This document shows positions 31,701 to 42,083 of a stretch of 64,000 nucleotides of DNA, in pieces (positions within the stretch are counted from its first letter, which is position 1; each line of letters opens with the position of its first letter). Both the position numbers and the translations under genes were made by a program. The DNA comes from Gemmatimonadota bacterium (GTDB lineage: Bacteria; Gemmatimonadota; Gemmatimonadetes; Longimicrobiales; Gaopeijiaceae): positions 29,595-93,594 of the forward strand of contig JADFSR010000013.1 of assembly GCA_022560615.1 (NCBI GenBank). Reading direction: 5' to 3'. Under the pieces are notes generated by a model that did not search any database, was not told where the DNA came from, and saw nothing but the letters and a program-made list of their open reading frames with translations.

Positions 31701-31901
31701 GAGTGTGCTCCGAAGACGGCGAGTCGGGCGTGCGGGGTTCCCTCCCATCGATCTAGTGCGTGCGAGGGACCACGCGCAATGCGAAAATCAGACGCGGCTC
31801 CAACTGCGTCCCAACATGCGGCCGGCCGGACCATGGAGACGCCCCTTCCCGAATACGAGCTTCCGCCTTCCGCACTGACAGACGCTCACCGAGGAGGAGC
31901 A

Positions 31902-32333
31902 ATGGATCTGAATCCGATCATCGAGTATGCGGAGCGTATTCTGCTCGAACACCCCCACCCCGCCCTCCGACTCACCGAGCTGCACGAGCTCCTCGCCGAG
32001 CGCTTCGACCGAAGCCTCGAACAATCGCGGCTACGCGGGATGCTCGAGGCACACCCAAAGGTGTTCCGAGTGCTCGATCCGTGGCGCGGCGCGTGGAGGA
32101 GTCCGGTGCAGCCACGGGCGGCTCTGTATGCGGCCGACCCGTGGGTCATCATCGTGACACATCCCGATGGAGCCGACCACTCGCAGGGACCAACGGCTCT
32201 GAAGCTGAGGGAGAGCGTTCGTTGGCTGGCGCACGACATCGACGCGCGCTCGGCCTACGAAGTCAATCGCTGGTACGCGATCGTTCTGGCCGAACGGCAA
32301 GCGCGCAGTGTCATCCAGCGAAAGGCGGCTTGA
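31902..32333 (+). CDS. hypothetical protein
   Basis: The upstream part of the track ORF is antisense to the HIT gene. An ATG at 31902 is preceded by GAGGAGGAG. Confidence 0.45.
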   Translation: MDLNPIIEYAERILLEHPHPALRLTELHELLAERFDRSLEQSRLRGMLEAHPKVFRVLDPWRGAWRSPVQPRAALYAADPWVIIVTHPDGADHSQGPTALKLRESVRWLAHDIDARSAYEVNRWYAIVLAERQARSVIQRKAA

Positions 32334-32384
32334 ACGCTAGCAGCCCGTGGTGGAAGTACCACGGGCTGCCAGGCATGAAGCCTG

Positions 32385-33260
32385 TCAACCGGTGGAATCG
32401 AAGAGGAGCGAACGCCATTCACCATCTCGGTCGATCGCCCGGCACGTGAAGCCGAGCTGTTCCGTCTCCTCACGCAGCTCATCGCACTCGTGATCGAGGA
32501 TTCCTGAGAGCACGAGCCAGCCGCCAGGTCGCACAGCGGCCCGGAAGCCGCCGATCAGCGGCCGCAAAAGGCCGGTCTCGAGGTTGGCCACGAGGCCGTC
32601 AACCGGACCCCATGCCTCGAGCTTCTCGGCATCGGCCCATTCGATGAGCACGGCCACCCGGTCCGTCCCGCCGTTGTTCTGCAAGTTCGCGTGTAAAGCC
32701 TCGGCCGAGAGCTCGTCGGACTCCACCGCGGTTACGTGAGCCGCGCCGAGAAGTACCGCCGCCACCGACAGAATCCCGGACCCGGCTCCGACGTCGAGCA
32801 GTCGATCGCCCGGTGATACGGCACGGTCGAGCAGCCTGAGGCACCCACGCGTCGTGCCATGCTCCGCGGTGCCAAACGCCATCCCCGGATCCAACACTAT
32901 GACCAGGTCCTCCGGTCCGGCCCTGAAGTCGGTCCAGGACGGACGCACCACCAGCCGGTCGGTGATCCGGCGCGGAGCAAGCCCCCGCTTCCAGGTCTCG
33001 GCCCAATCCTCGTGAGCCTGCCACCGAGTCCGGAGCTCCAAGTCTGCTAGTCCGGTCATCGCCACGAGTGCGTCCCGGACGTCCGTGACAAAAGCTTCCG
33101 GGTCATCGGGTTCGCGTACGTGCGTCACGCACCACCCGTCCTGTTCTACCGCAGCGCGCCCCGCCACATCGACGAGCCCCTCCGCGAGGAGCGGGATCGA
33201 CTCCTCCACGGAAGGGCAGCGCACGCTCAACTCCAGCCAGCGTCGGCTCGCGTCACTCAT
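32385..33260 (-). CDS. prmA: ribosomal protein L11 methyltransferase
   Basis: An N-terminal PrmA domain plus a SAM-binding motif (LDVGAGSGILS). It sits downstream of dnaJ. Confidence 0.82.
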   Translation of the reverse strand: MSDASRRWLELSVRCPSVEESIPLLAEGLVDVAGRAAVEQDGWCVTHVREPDDPEAFVTDVRDALVAMTGLADLELRTRWQAHEDWAETWKRGLAPRRITDRLVVRPSWTDFRAGPEDLVIVLDPGMAFGTAEHGTTRGCLRLLDRAVSPGDRLLDVGAGSGILSVAAVLLGAAHVTAVESDELSAEALHANLQNNGGTDRVAVLIEWADAEKLEAWGPVDGLVANLETGLLRPLIGGFRAAVRPGGWLVLSGILDHECDELREETEQLGFTCRAIDRDGEWRSLLFDSTG

Positions 33261-34417
33261 CCGCCAGAGAACGCCTCCTTCACCCGAGACCAGAACCCCT
33301 TGTGCGAGCGCCGGCGAATCCGCTCTGGCGCGGGCGACTCGACCTCACGGAGGCGACGCATCGCCTCCTCCTGCTCAGGCGTGAGCTCGTCAGGAGTCCA
33401 AAGCAATATCTTGAGCAGTTGATCTCCACGGTGGTGACCATTGAGCTCGGGGAGGCCGAGTCCCCTCAACCTCAGAAGGTCACCGCCCTGGATCCCCGCC
33501 GGCACCGTCACTCGCGCGGTACCGTCGATCGTAGGCACTTCGATCTCGTCGCCGAGTGCGGCCTGCCCGAACGTGATCGGTAGTTCGTGAATCAGGTCGG
33601 GACCGTCCCGAACGAAGCGCGGATCGTCTTCCACCTCCAGTAGGACCACGATATCTCCGCGCGGACCACCCCGCGGGCCGACGCTTCCTCGCCTGCGAAG
33701 CGTGAGGAAGTTCTCCGACGTGACGCCGGCAGGGACCTCCACCTCGATCTCTGTTTCGCGCCGAGCCCGCCCCTCGCCACGACACGCGTCGCAGCGCTGC
33801 TCGATCACACGCCCTTCGCCCTGGCAGGTCTGGCAGGGCTGTACACTCACGAACTGTCCGAACACCGAACGCTGGACGTGCCGCTCTTCACCGGAGCCGC
33901 CGCATACGTTGCACAGAGTTGGTGCGGTGCCCGCCCGCGCTCCCGAACCATCGCAGCTTCTGCACTCTTCGAGCAGCGCGACGCGCAAGGTCTTGGTGAC
34001 CCCGTGAGCAACTTCGGAAAGCGTCAGCGGAAGCCGGATTCGAACAGTCTGAGCCTTGCGCGATGCTGTACGCTGCCCGCGGGCGCCGCGCATGCCGAAG
34101 ATGTCCTCGAGCCCCGAGAAGCCGCCGAAGTCGCGCATGAAGACGTCGACCGCGTCGCTGAAATCGAAGCCACCCATGCCGCCCGGCCCCGCTCGACCCT
34201 TGAGGCCTTGCTCCCCATATCGGTTGTAGGTCGCGCGCTTGTCGGGGTCACGCAGGACTTCGTACGCCTGCGTGACTTCCTTGAAGCGCTCCTCGGCCTC
34301 CTTCGAACCCTGGTTGCGGTCGGGGTGAGACTCGAGCGCGAGCTTTCGGTACGCTTTCTTGATCTGCTCCGTGTCCGCATCGTGCGGCACGCCGAGCAGT
34401 TTGTAGTAGTCGGACAT
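33257..34417 (-). CDS. dnaJ: molecular chaperone DnaJ
   Basis: A J-domain (HPD), a glycine-rich region and four CxxCxGxG zinc motifs. Confidence 0.95.
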   Translation of the reverse strand: MSDYYKLLGVPHDADTEQIKKAYRKLALESHPDRNQGSKEAEERFKEVTQAYEVLRDPDKRATYNRYGEQGLKGRAGPGGMGGFDFSDAVDVFMRDFGGFSGLEDIFGMRGARGQRTASRKAQTVRIRLPLTLSEVAHGVTKTLRVALLEECRSCDGSGARAGTAPTLCNVCGGSGEERHVQRSVFGQFVSVQPCQTCQGEGRVIEQRCDACRGEGRARRETEIEVEVPAGVTSENFLTLRRRGSVGPRGGPRGDIVVLLEVEDDPRFVRDGPDLIHELPITFGQAALGDEIEVPTIDGTARVTVPAGIQGGDLLRLRGLGLPELNGHHRGDQLLKILLWTPDELTPEQEEAMRRLREVESPAPERIRRRSHKGFWSRVKEAFSGG

Positions 34418-34427
34418 CTATTTCCTT

Positions 34428-34460
34428 CAGAGCCCCAGAAGTTTCAGAACTTCAGCTCTG
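34428..34460. promoter_or_regulatory. Nested 33-bp palindrome spanning the hrcA stop to the dnaJ 5' UTR
   Basis: CAGAGCCCCAGAAGTTTCAGAACTTCAGCTCTG is nearly perfectly self-complementary. It sits directly upstream of the dnaJ SD (AAGGAA). It is not a CIRCE element. Confidence 0.4.
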
Positions 34461-35522
34461 CAGCATGCGTGTCACGAGTGTCGACGTGTAGTCCACGATC
34501 GTAACTATCTTTTCATAAGGCATGCGCGTCGGGCCGATCACGCCGATCACGCCCCTGAGGTCGCCCGTCCTGTACTCCGAGGTGACGAGCGTAAAGTCGG
34601 CGAGCTCGCTGCTGTCGTGCTCGCCGCCGATCGTGATCACGACGCGACCCCGGTGCTCGCGATTACCCACGGTCCGCGCGAGAAGATCCCGACGCTCGGT
34701 CAGCTCGATGAGGCTCTTGAGCCGATCACCGCTCTCGAACTCCGGCTGCGCCGCCAGCACGCTTGCGTGCCCGAGATGGATGTCGGTGCCATCCAAGTCC
34801 CTGAGGTCGAAGAGCTCAGCTCCCGACTGCACGAAGATGTTGAGAAGCTCAGCCGCCTCCGCTTGCCCGCCATGTGAGTCCCGCAGACGCTGCGGCAGCG
34901 TCCTTCGAATCTCCTGCAGGCTCAGGCCGGCAAGCCGCTCGTTCAAGGCGAGCGTTAGGGTCACCAACGCCTTCTCGGGGACTTCCACAGGGAGGTCGAC
35001 GTACACGGTACGCACGACACCGCCACGTATCGTCACCACCAGAAGAACCTTGTTGGACGAGACCTGGATCAACTCGAGCTTCTCGAGCACCGCATCGTCG
35101 AGGCGCGGCGCCAGCGCCACACCCAGCTCGTTCGATAGGAGGCTTAGCGCTCGCGTAGCGTGGCGCACCAGTCGCTCGACCGCAGACCCCGCCACGTCGA
35201 GCTCGCGCTCCAGACTCGAGCGTTCGGCCTCCGTCAGAAGGATCGGTTCCATGAGCCGATCCACGAAGAAGCGGTACGCGATGTCGGTCGGGACACGGCC
35301 TGCCGAAGCGTGCTGGCGGAAGAGGTAGCCCTCCTCCTCCAGGTCGCTCATGGTGTTGCGGATCGTGGCAGCGGAGATGCCGAGGCTGAACTTCCGGGAG
35401 ATCGTGCGGCTCCCCACCGGCTCGGCCGTATCCACGTAGGTGCGTACCACAGCATCCAATACGTGGCGTTCTCGGTCGGTCAGTTCGTCGCCGACCAGCT
35501 CTCGTTTGTCCATCCCGCTCAT
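34452..35522 (-). CDS. hrcA: heat-inducible transcription repressor HrcA
   Basis: N-terminal winged-helix domain (ERHVLDAVVRTYVDTAEPVGSRTI). The start is ambiguous between 35522 and 35513. Confidence 0.9.
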   Translation of the reverse strand: MSGMDKRELVGDELTDRERHVLDAVVRTYVDTAEPVGSRTISRKFSLGISAATIRNTMSDLEEEGYLFRQHASAGRVPTDIAYRFFVDRLMEPILLTEAERSSLERELDVAGSAVERLVRHATRALSLLSNELGVALAPRLDDAVLEKLELIQVSSNKVLLVVTIRGGVVRTVYVDLPVEVPEKALVTLTLALNERLAGLSLQEIRRTLPQRLRDSHGGQAEAAELLNIFVQSGAELFDLRDLDGTDIHLGHASVLAAQPEFESGDRLKSLIELTERRDLLARTVGNREHRGRVVITIGGEHDSSELADFTLVTSEYRTGDLRGVIGVIGPTRMPYEKIVTIVDYTSTLVTRMLQS

Positions 35523-36724
35523 CTCCGAAGATCGAGAGTCGCGGATCGCGGCGTCAACCCAGGGCCGCATCGCTCGAGCTCAACCACAAGCTCGTCGAGC
35601 AAGAGCCAGCCCTCTGCGTTCAGCCGCAGCGCGTCTTCCGACGTCAGCGTCCATCCACGGCCTGACCATGCGCTCGCCAGGCCCCGTTGCCGCTCGTCGA
35701 GGTCCATGAGCGGCACGCCTTCGCTCGTGCGAAGCCCGAGCCAGAGACGCTCGAGCCTACGCGCATCAGCGTCAACTGTCTCGCGGTCGTCCTCGGGCAC
35801 GTTGCCCGCGCGCGCGCGCTCACTGTACGAGGGCCACTCACGGAGATTCCAACGCCGCACGGGAGCTGCGAAACTGTGCGCGCCGTTCCCGAGCCCGAGG
35901 TACGGACGGCCGTCCCAGTACACCGCGTTGTGGCGCGACCGATGGCCCGGAATGGCAAAGTTGGACACCTCGTAGTGCTCGTATCCCGCGGCGCCGAATA
36001 GTTCGGCGGCGAGCAGATACTCGTCCTGGTACTGCTGCTCGGCGACCGGGCTCTCGTTCCCCTCTCGCACGGCTCGTCCGAGCGGCGTCCCATCCTCCAC
36101 CGTGAGGCCGTACAGGCTCACATGCGGCACGTCCAGCGCCAGTGCACGCTCGATATCGTCCCGCCATGACCGCTTGAGCCGCCAAGGCAGCCCGAAGATC
36201 AGATCGACACTCAAGTTCGTGAGGCCGGCCGAATTTGCGGCGTCGACGGCCCGCTCGGCACTCTCGGCGCCGTGTAGCCGCCCCATCCACCGAAGGGCCT
36301 CGGCGTTGAACGTCTGCACCCCGATGCTGAGGCGGTTCAACCCGGAGCGGCGCCACGCCGAAGCCAGCTCCCTGGTCAGGCTCTCCGGATTCACTTCCGC
36401 CGTCCACTCCAGGTCGGAGCTCCCGAGGCGCCGCCGCCCGACGACAGCCGCGAGTGCCTCCATCGCGTCCTCGCCCAGTAGTGAAGGCGTTCCGCCGCCG
36501 ACGTAGAGCGTGTGGAGTGAGTCCTCGAGGGCGAAGAGTCCCTCCCTCTCGACCGCTCGCAGCTCACCTTCGAGCGCGTCGCGCCACGCGGCCAGGTCGC
36601 CGTGCCTGCTGACATGTACCGCGAAGTCGCAGTAGAAGCAGCGGCGTACGCAAAACGGGGCGTGGACGTAGACCGAGCGCACCGTCGTCGGGGCCGCGCG
36701 TCTGGTGTCAGGAGGCACGCTCAA
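35519..36724 (-). CDS. hemW: radical-SAM heme chaperone HemW (HemN-like)
   Basis: CxxxCxYC cluster (CVRRCFYCDF). Confidence 0.88.
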   Translation of the reverse strand: MSVPPDTRRAAPTTVRSVYVHAPFCVRRCFYCDFAVHVSRHGDLAAWRDALEGELRAVEREGLFALEDSLHTLYVGGGTPSLLGEDAMEALAAVVGRRRLGSSDLEWTAEVNPESLTRELASAWRRSGLNRLSIGVQTFNAEALRWMGRLHGAESAERAVDAANSAGLTNLSVDLIFGLPWRLKRSWRDDIERALALDVPHVSLYGLTVEDGTPLGRAVREGNESPVAEQQYQDEYLLAAELFGAAGYEHYEVSNFAIPGHRSRHNAVYWDGRPYLGLGNGAHSFAAPVRRWNLREWPSYSERARAGNVPEDDRETVDADARRLERLWLGLRTSEGVPLMDLDERQRGLASAWSGRGWTLTSEDALRLNAEGWLLLDELVVELERCGPGLTPRSATLDLRR

Positions 36725-37790
36725 ACCGCAGTCCGGGGCGTTGCTCGACCCATCCGTTCACCTCGAGCTCGGTGAGCAGAGCCAATGCCTCCGACACCCC
36801 CAACCCCACCAGGACCGCCAGCTCTTCCACATGTACGGGCCCGCGATCGAGGCCGAGCAGAAGGAGACCCTCGGCGCCTCCGGGTCGAAGCCGCTCGCTT
36901 GCGCTCGACGAGCCGACGCCAAGTTCTTCGAGGAACCGCTCGACCGATACCAGCGGTCGAGCACCGTCTGCGAGCAGCGCGTTGCTGCCCTCACAAGCGG
37001 CTTGGTCAACCGGCCCCGGCACCGCGTATACGTCGATGCCGAGGTCGAGCGCATGCTCCACCGTAATGAGCGAGCCGCTGCGGCGGGACGCCTCCACAAC
37101 TACAACTGCCTGGCCGAGCGCCGCGAGCACACGATTTCGGCGGGGGAAGTGGTGCGGCAGCGCCGGCGTCCCCGGGAGGAACTCGGACACTACGAGCCCC
37201 CCCGCCACGATGTCCCGGAAGAGTCGCCCATGAGACGCCGGATAGGCTCGGTCGGGACCTCGCCCGAGCACGGCAATGGTCCCACCGCCGGCGTCGAGCG
37301 CGCCCACGTGCGCGCAGCCGTCGATGCCGAGCGCCATTCCGCTCACGACCGTGTAGCCCGAACGCGCGATCGCCGACGCCAACCGTCGAGCGAAGTCGCG
37401 AGCCCGAGCGGTCGCCTTCCGTGCCCCGACGATCGTGATGCACGGGGTCGACAAAAGCTCGGCCCGACCGCGCAGAAAGAGTACGGGCGGTGGGTCGGCG
37501 AGGTTGCGCAACATCCTCGGATACTCTGCGTCCGACCACGTCAGTGCGGGTGCGTTCAATCGCTCGGCATCGTTCAGCCCGGCCGCGACCCGGTCTCGAA
37601 TCTCGGCGTCGCCCCTCGCGATGGCGGCACGCTGTCCGGCGACCACTGAGAACGCACGGGCCGGCGCGGCCAGCGCGGCTCGTCCCGAGCCGAACCGCGC
37701 GACGAGTGCGGCCAGCGTTTTCAGTCCGATTCCGTGTATCTGGTCGAGCATGAGCAGCGCGCGTACTTCGGCCTTGTGATCGGCTGGCAT
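36708..37790 (-). CDS. dprA: DNA-processing protein DprA (Smf)
   Basis: A Rossmann-like DprA domain (IVGARKAT...VVSGMALGIDG) and a C-terminal winged helix. The start was trimmed so that it abuts obg. Confidence 0.85.
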   Translation of the reverse strand: MPADHKAEVRALLMLDQIHGIGLKTLAALVARFGSGRAALAAPARAFSVVAGQRAAIARGDAEIRDRVAAGLNDAERLNAPALTWSDAEYPRMLRNLADPPPVLFLRGRAELLSTPCITIVGARKATARARDFARRLASAIARSGYTVVSGMALGIDGCAHVGALDAGGGTIAVLGRGPDRAYPASHGRLFRDIVAGGLVVSEFLPGTPALPHHFPRRNRVLAALGQAVVVVEASRRSGSLITVEHALDLGIDVYAVPGPVDQAACEGSNALLADGARPLVSVERFLEELGVGSSSASERLRPGGAEGLLLLGLDRGPVHVEELAVLVGLGVSEALALLTELEVNGWVEQRPGLRFERAS

Positions 37791-38815
37791 CACGAACTCC
37801 ACCAACCCTCGTCGGCGCCCGGCGTCTCCCCTGTGCCCGCCTTTCGACTCGCTTCCCAGAGCAACGGGAGAAGCTCGTCCACCCCCCTGTGGGCGACCGA
37901 CGAAACACCGAATACCCCCCACGCGTCCGGGGCTTCCAGCTCCGGTAGCGGCTCGTCGGCCGGCAGCAAATCGGTCTTGGTGAGCATTACGCAGTGGGGT
38001 GTCATCGCGAGTTCGGTCGAGTACGCGTCCAGCTCCGAGCGCAGCGCCTCGTACTCCACCTGGACGTCCGGGGCATCGACCGGAATCACCAGCGCCAGTG
38101 TGCGGGTGCGTTCGATGTGCCTCAGAAACTGATGCCCCAGTCCCTTGCCCTCATGTGCGCCCTCGATGATCCCCGGAATGTCCGCGATCACGAAGGTCCG
38201 GAAATCGGACAGTTGAACGACGCCGAGGTTCGGCTCGAGCGTGGTGAATGGATAGTCGGCGACCTTCGGCCGGGCTGCTGTGACCGCCGCGAGAAACGTC
38301 GACTTGCCCGCATTCGGTTCGCCCACGAGCCCGACGTCGGCGATGAGCTTGAGCTCCAGCCGCACGCGGCGCTCCTCACCCTCGCCGCCCCGCTCCCAAC
38401 GACGCGGCGCCTGCTGTGTAGACGTCTTGAAGTGAGTGTTCCCACGTCCCCCACGGCCCCCGAGAGCGACGACGATGCTCTGGCCGGGCTCGAGCAACTC
38501 CCCGAGGCACTCCTCGGAGTCGGCGTCGTAGGCGACCGTGCCCGGTGGCACCTTGAGCACGAGATCGTCACCGGAGCGCCCCGTTTTGTTCTTGCCGGCA
38601 CCATGCATCCCACGGTCCGCCTTGTAGTGCCGACGGTACGAATAGTCGAGCAGGGTCGCGAGCTGCGCGTCGGCCTCGAGCAGGACGTCACCGCCCTTCC
38701 CCCCATCTCCACCTGCGGGGCCCCCGCGCGGCACTCCCTTCTCCCGGCGGAACGCCTCCGATCCGGAGCCTCCCGTTCCCGCTATCACCTCGATAACCGC
38801 CCGGTCGATGAACAC
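37790..38815 (-). CDS. obgE: GTPase Obg
   Basis: An Obg fold (MFIDRAVIEV...GGDGGKGGDV) followed by a G-domain (GEPNAGKST). Confidence 0.93.
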   Translation of the reverse strand: MFIDRAVIEVIAGTGGSGSEAFRREKGVPRGGPAGGDGGKGGDVLLEADAQLATLLDYSYRRHYKADRGMHGAGKNKTGRSGDDLVLKVPPGTVAYDADSEECLGELLEPGQSIVVALGGRGGRGNTHFKTSTQQAPRRWERGGEGEERRVRLELKLIADVGLVGEPNAGKSTFLAAVTAARPKVADYPFTTLEPNLGVVQLSDFRTFVIADIPGIIEGAHEGKGLGHQFLRHIERTRTLALVIPVDAPDVQVEYEALRSELDAYSTELAMTPHCVMLTKTDLLPADEPLPELEAPDAWGVFGVSSVAHRGVDELLPLLWEASRKAGTGETPGADEGWWSS

Positions 38816-38818
38816 CGC

Positions 38819-39043
38819 TCAGCGTTCCAGGCCAGTACGTGCGCGAACCGAGACCCGGGTCTGGGGCAGCCCCGGGCGCCCCAGGAACAGGTAACTCCGT
38901 AGGATCAGCTCCTCGACGGCGTCCGTCCCACCGCGCTCAGCCGCGACCCGCATCGCAGATTCGAGCTCTTCGTCGCGACGCGAGGCGAGCACAGCGCTGA
39001 GGCGTACGAGCACTTCGTGGGCATCGGAGGCCGGCGCAGTCAT
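38819..39043 (-). CDS. small hypothetical protein
   Basis: A 74-aa ORF between obg and the asparaginase gene. No homology recognised. Confidence 0.25.
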   Translation of the reverse strand: MTAPASDAHEVLVRLSAVLASRRDEELESAMRVAAERGGTDAVEELILRSYLFLGRPGLPQTRVSVRARTGLER

Positions 39044-40035
39044 GCGATGGCGCCGGCCAGATCGAACGCGGCCCGGATCTCCCCAACCTCTTCACCCCGG
39101 GTGTTGTACAATGTCGGGTTCGCGTGTTGGCGCAGTGCGTCGACGTCGTCGCTCGAAAGGACACCGAGCTCGGAGAGCACACGCACGAGGGCCACTTCGA
39201 CCGCCCGGCGCCCGCCGTCAACCACCTTGATCGCGAAGCCGAGACCCCGCTCAGTCACGCCGCCGGCGTACACCCCTTCGGCACCAACCTTCACAAAGGC
39301 CCGTCCCGCCGCCCGCTTCATCACGTCGGTGCAGGTGCGCCCCGTGCCACCCACCATGAACGGATGCGCGGTCATGGCGTTCACGACCCGTTTCGCCCCC
39401 TCGTCCCTGGCGGCCGCCGCTGCGAACCGGGCGAACGAGGCCGCCATGTCGCGCAGCGGCACCGCGAAACACATGACGCCACATCCGTCGACACCGGTTC
39501 GGATCTCCTCGCTGCTCAGCTCCGTCCACCGTCGGATCTCGTCGAGCATGCGGAGCTGCACAGGATGTTCCGGAAGATGATAGTCGACGGGATCCCAAGC
39601 GAGGGCGGCCGCAAGCGCGAGCATGCCCGCATGCTTGCCCGAGCAGTTGTTGTGAACGCACGCGGCCTGACCGCCACCCGCCAGCAACGCACGTGTAGCC
39701 TCCGGCGAGAACGGAAGGTGTGGCCCACACCGCAGCAACGACTCTTCGAGGCCGGCCTTGCGCAGAATCGACCGGGCGCCGGCCACGTGCTCCGTCTCAC
39801 CCTCGTGCGACCCACAGCACAGAGCCAACTCGGCATCCGAAAGCCCGAAGCGGTCGACGACGCCCTCTTCCACCAGAGGAAGCGCCTGCAGGGGCTTGGC
39901 GGCCGAGCGGTAGTACGTCAGCTCGTCAACATCACCGATGGACGCGACTACGGCTCCTTCGTGGTCCGCGACGACTATACGAAGCGAGTGTCTCGCCTCC
40001 ACCAGATCGCCGCGCACGACCTCGACTACGCCCAT
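39040..40035 (-). CDS. asparaginase-family protein (Asparaginase_II type)
   Basis: HNNCSGKHAGMLA and TAHPFMVGGTGRTCTD motifs. Confidence 0.7.
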   Translation of the reverse strand: MGVVEVVRGDLVEARHSLRIVVADHEGAVVASIGDVDELTYYRSAAKPLQALPLVEEGVVDRFGLSDAELALCCGSHEGETEHVAGARSILRKAGLEESLLRCGPHLPFSPEATRALLAGGGQAACVHNNCSGKHAGMLALAAALAWDPVDYHLPEHPVQLRMLDEIRRWTELSSEEIRTGVDGCGVMCFAVPLRDMAASFARFAAAAARDEGAKRVVNAMTAHPFMVGGTGRTCTDVMKRAAGRAFVKVGAEGVYAGGVTERGLGFAIKVVDGGRRAVEVALVRVLSELGVLSSDDVDALRQHANPTLYNTRGEEVGEIRAAFDLAGAIA

Positions 40036-40131
40036 TCGTCCGCCAAGTCCATGGATCCGAGATCGTGGTCACCTGTAAGGAAGCGGCCCCAACGGGGCGT
40101 GGGCATGACGGAATCGGACCGGCCGCCGAAT

Positions 40132-40439
40132 CTAGAAGGGTGATCGGGAAGGTGGGTGGGCCGCGTTGGAGTGCCACGGCCCCATATCCTAGGCGGAGCT
40201 TCGAAGACATAGCCGTCGCTACGTCGAGGAGCTCCAACGACGGAGATGGGGCCGTGCCACCCCAACCCACAGAGGCGTAAGATCATATCAACCATGGTGT
40301 TGGGCACATGGCGGTTGCGCGGTTGATCCTGCGTCTCTCCTCGTCACCGTAGCTCGGCTACGACTCCTCGTCGTTCCTTGCCTGAACGCGCGCAAGCGCC
40401 ATGTGCGCGGCCCACCCACCTTCCCGATCACCCTTCTAG
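40132..40439 (+). repeat. MITE-like repeat, copy G (type-1 TIRs, full-length)
   Basis: Left end: CTAGAAGGGTGATCGGGAAGGTGGGTGGGCCGCG. The right end is its exact reverse complement over 34 nt. Flanked by CTAG on both sides. About 90% identical to copy A. Confidence 0.88.
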
Positions 40440-40460
40440 GCACGTGGGTCCGCCACAGTG

Positions 40461-42083
40461 TCAGGAGCCCGAGTCTTGCTCGTTCTCCGCGGACGCGACT
40501 TGTGCGATCAGATCCGCCGGGTTCGCAGCACCCCGTAGCAGCTCGACCGCCTTCATCAGCTGGGTGTCGTGCCTCCGGGACTGCTCGAACTGCCCAGCGT
40601 CACCCCACGCCTGCAGGGCGATCTCTCGCTCCATGCGGTAGCGAACGAAGCGCTGGGCCGCCATGAATTCGTCGTGGTCGACTTCCGCGCGCCACTCGGG
40701 AAGCGTCTCGTAGAAGTCCTGGATCTCGGCGTCACGCACGACGAAGCCCGGTTGGGCATTCGGGTGGTCCTGAACGAATGAGACGGCGTAGTTGAAGAGC
40801 GCCGTGCTGAATTCTCCCGCCCGACGGAAGACCCGGTAGACCGCTTCGGCCTCTTGGGGCGACAACGTCTCTGGAGATACGAAGAGATCGGGAGTGATAC
40901 CACCGCCCCCTAACAGCGTGCGGCCACCGAGCGACTCGTACTCAGGGCGTCCATCGAGGACGGTCGGTATCACGATCTTGCCCGAGATCGCGAGCTCGTG
41001 CTCCGCCACATCGACGACGGCATCGGGATCACGGTCGATCGAACGACCGACGGGCGTATACCACCGCGCCGTAGTCAGCCGCAATACGTCTCCGCCCGTG
41101 AGCCGGAAAAGACTCTGCACGGAGCCTTTGCCGTACGTCGTCTCACCGACGATCACCGCCCGGTCGTGATCCTGGAGCGCTCCTGCGATGATCTCCGACG
41201 CCGAGGCACTGGTGCCGTCGACCAGCACGACGATGGGCAGATCCTTATATCGATCCGGTGACGACGATGAGTACGTCGCGTTTTGGTTCGCGGCCCTGCC
41301 CCTCGTTTCGACGATGGGGAGGCCTGCTTCGAGGAACAGATCGGAGACCGCGATCCCCTCGTCGAGCAAGCCACCCGGGTTCCCGCGCAGATCCAGGATC
41401 AGTCCGTCGAGCCCTTCCCCACGCAGCGAGTCGACGGCAGCTCGGATCTCGCTTGACGACGTCTCACTGACGGTCTGCAGCGGCACATAGCCGATCCCGG
41501 GCTCCAGCATGAGCGCGAAGGGCACCGCACGCAGTCGGATCGTCGCCCGCTTGATGGTGAATTCGATCGGCTCCTCGACTCCTGGGCGAAGCATCTTCAC
41601 CGTGACTTCAGTACCGGGACGGCCGCGCAGCAGCTCGACCGCCTGGTCCGTGGTCATCGTGTCCGCGGGAATCCCCTCGATCTCGAAGAACTTGTCACCA
41701 CCGCGAATCCCGGCGCGTTGGCCCGGAGTGCTCGAAATCGGACTGACAACCGTAACCCAACCGCCGCGGTCGATGACCTCGAGACCGATCCCTTCGTACT
41801 CTCCTTCAATGCGGATGCTCAGGTTCTCGTATTCGTCGGCGGGCAAGAACGACGAGTGCGGATCGCCGAGGTCGCGGATGAGTCCGTCGATCGCGGCGTT
41901 GTAGAGACCGGCGGGATCGACGTCGTCTACGAAGCTCGTCTCCACGTGCTCTACGACTTCCTGGAGCACGCGCACACGGACGTAAATGTTCGCGGCTCGG
42001 TCGACGCCCTCCTGCAATAACCAGCCGCCTGCCATCACCGCAAAGGCGACCACGACCACCGGCGCAAAGACCCCTCGCCTCAC
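40461..42083 (-). CDS. ctpA: C-terminal processing peptidase (S41 family)
   Basis: N-terminal TM helix, a PDZ domain and the S41 catalytic motif (GTSASASEI...TYGKGSVQ). Confidence 0.9.
   Translation of the reverse strand: MRRGVFAPVVVVAFAVMAGGWLLQEGVDRAANIYVRVRVLQEVVEHVETSFVDDVDPAGLYNAAIDGLIRDLGDPHSSFLPADEYENLSIRIEGEYEGIGLEVIDRGGWVTVVSPISSTPGQRAGIRGGDKFFEIEGIPADTMTTDQAVELLRGRPGTEVTVKMLRPGVEEPIEFTIKRATIRLRAVPFALMLEPGIGYVPLQTVSETSSSEIRAAVDSLRGEGLDGLILDLRGNPGGLLDEGIAVSDLFLEAGLPIVETRGRAANQNATYSSSSPDRYKDLPIVVLVDGTSASASEIIAGALQDHDRAVIVGETTYGKGSVQSLFRLTGGDVLRLTTARWYTPVGRSIDRDPDAVVDVAEHELAISGKIVIPTVLDGRPEYESLGGRTLLGGGGITPDLFVSPETLSPQEAEAVYRVFRRAGEFSTALFNYAVSFVQDHPNAQPGFVVRDAEIQDFYETLPEWRAEVDHDEFMAAQRFVRYRMEREIALQAWGDAGQFEQSRRHDTQLMKAVELLRGAANPADLIAQVASAENEQDSGS

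Noticed and set aside
31389-31901. The N-terminal 170 residues of track ORF 31389..32333(+).
   Set aside because: This part is antisense to the HIT gene. The ORF was trimmed to the ATG at 31902, which has an RBS.
34418-34460. The hrcA-dnaJ palindrome as a CIRCE element.
   Set aside because: The sequence does not match TTAGCACTC-N9-GAGTGCTAA. It is retained only as an unclassified palindrome.
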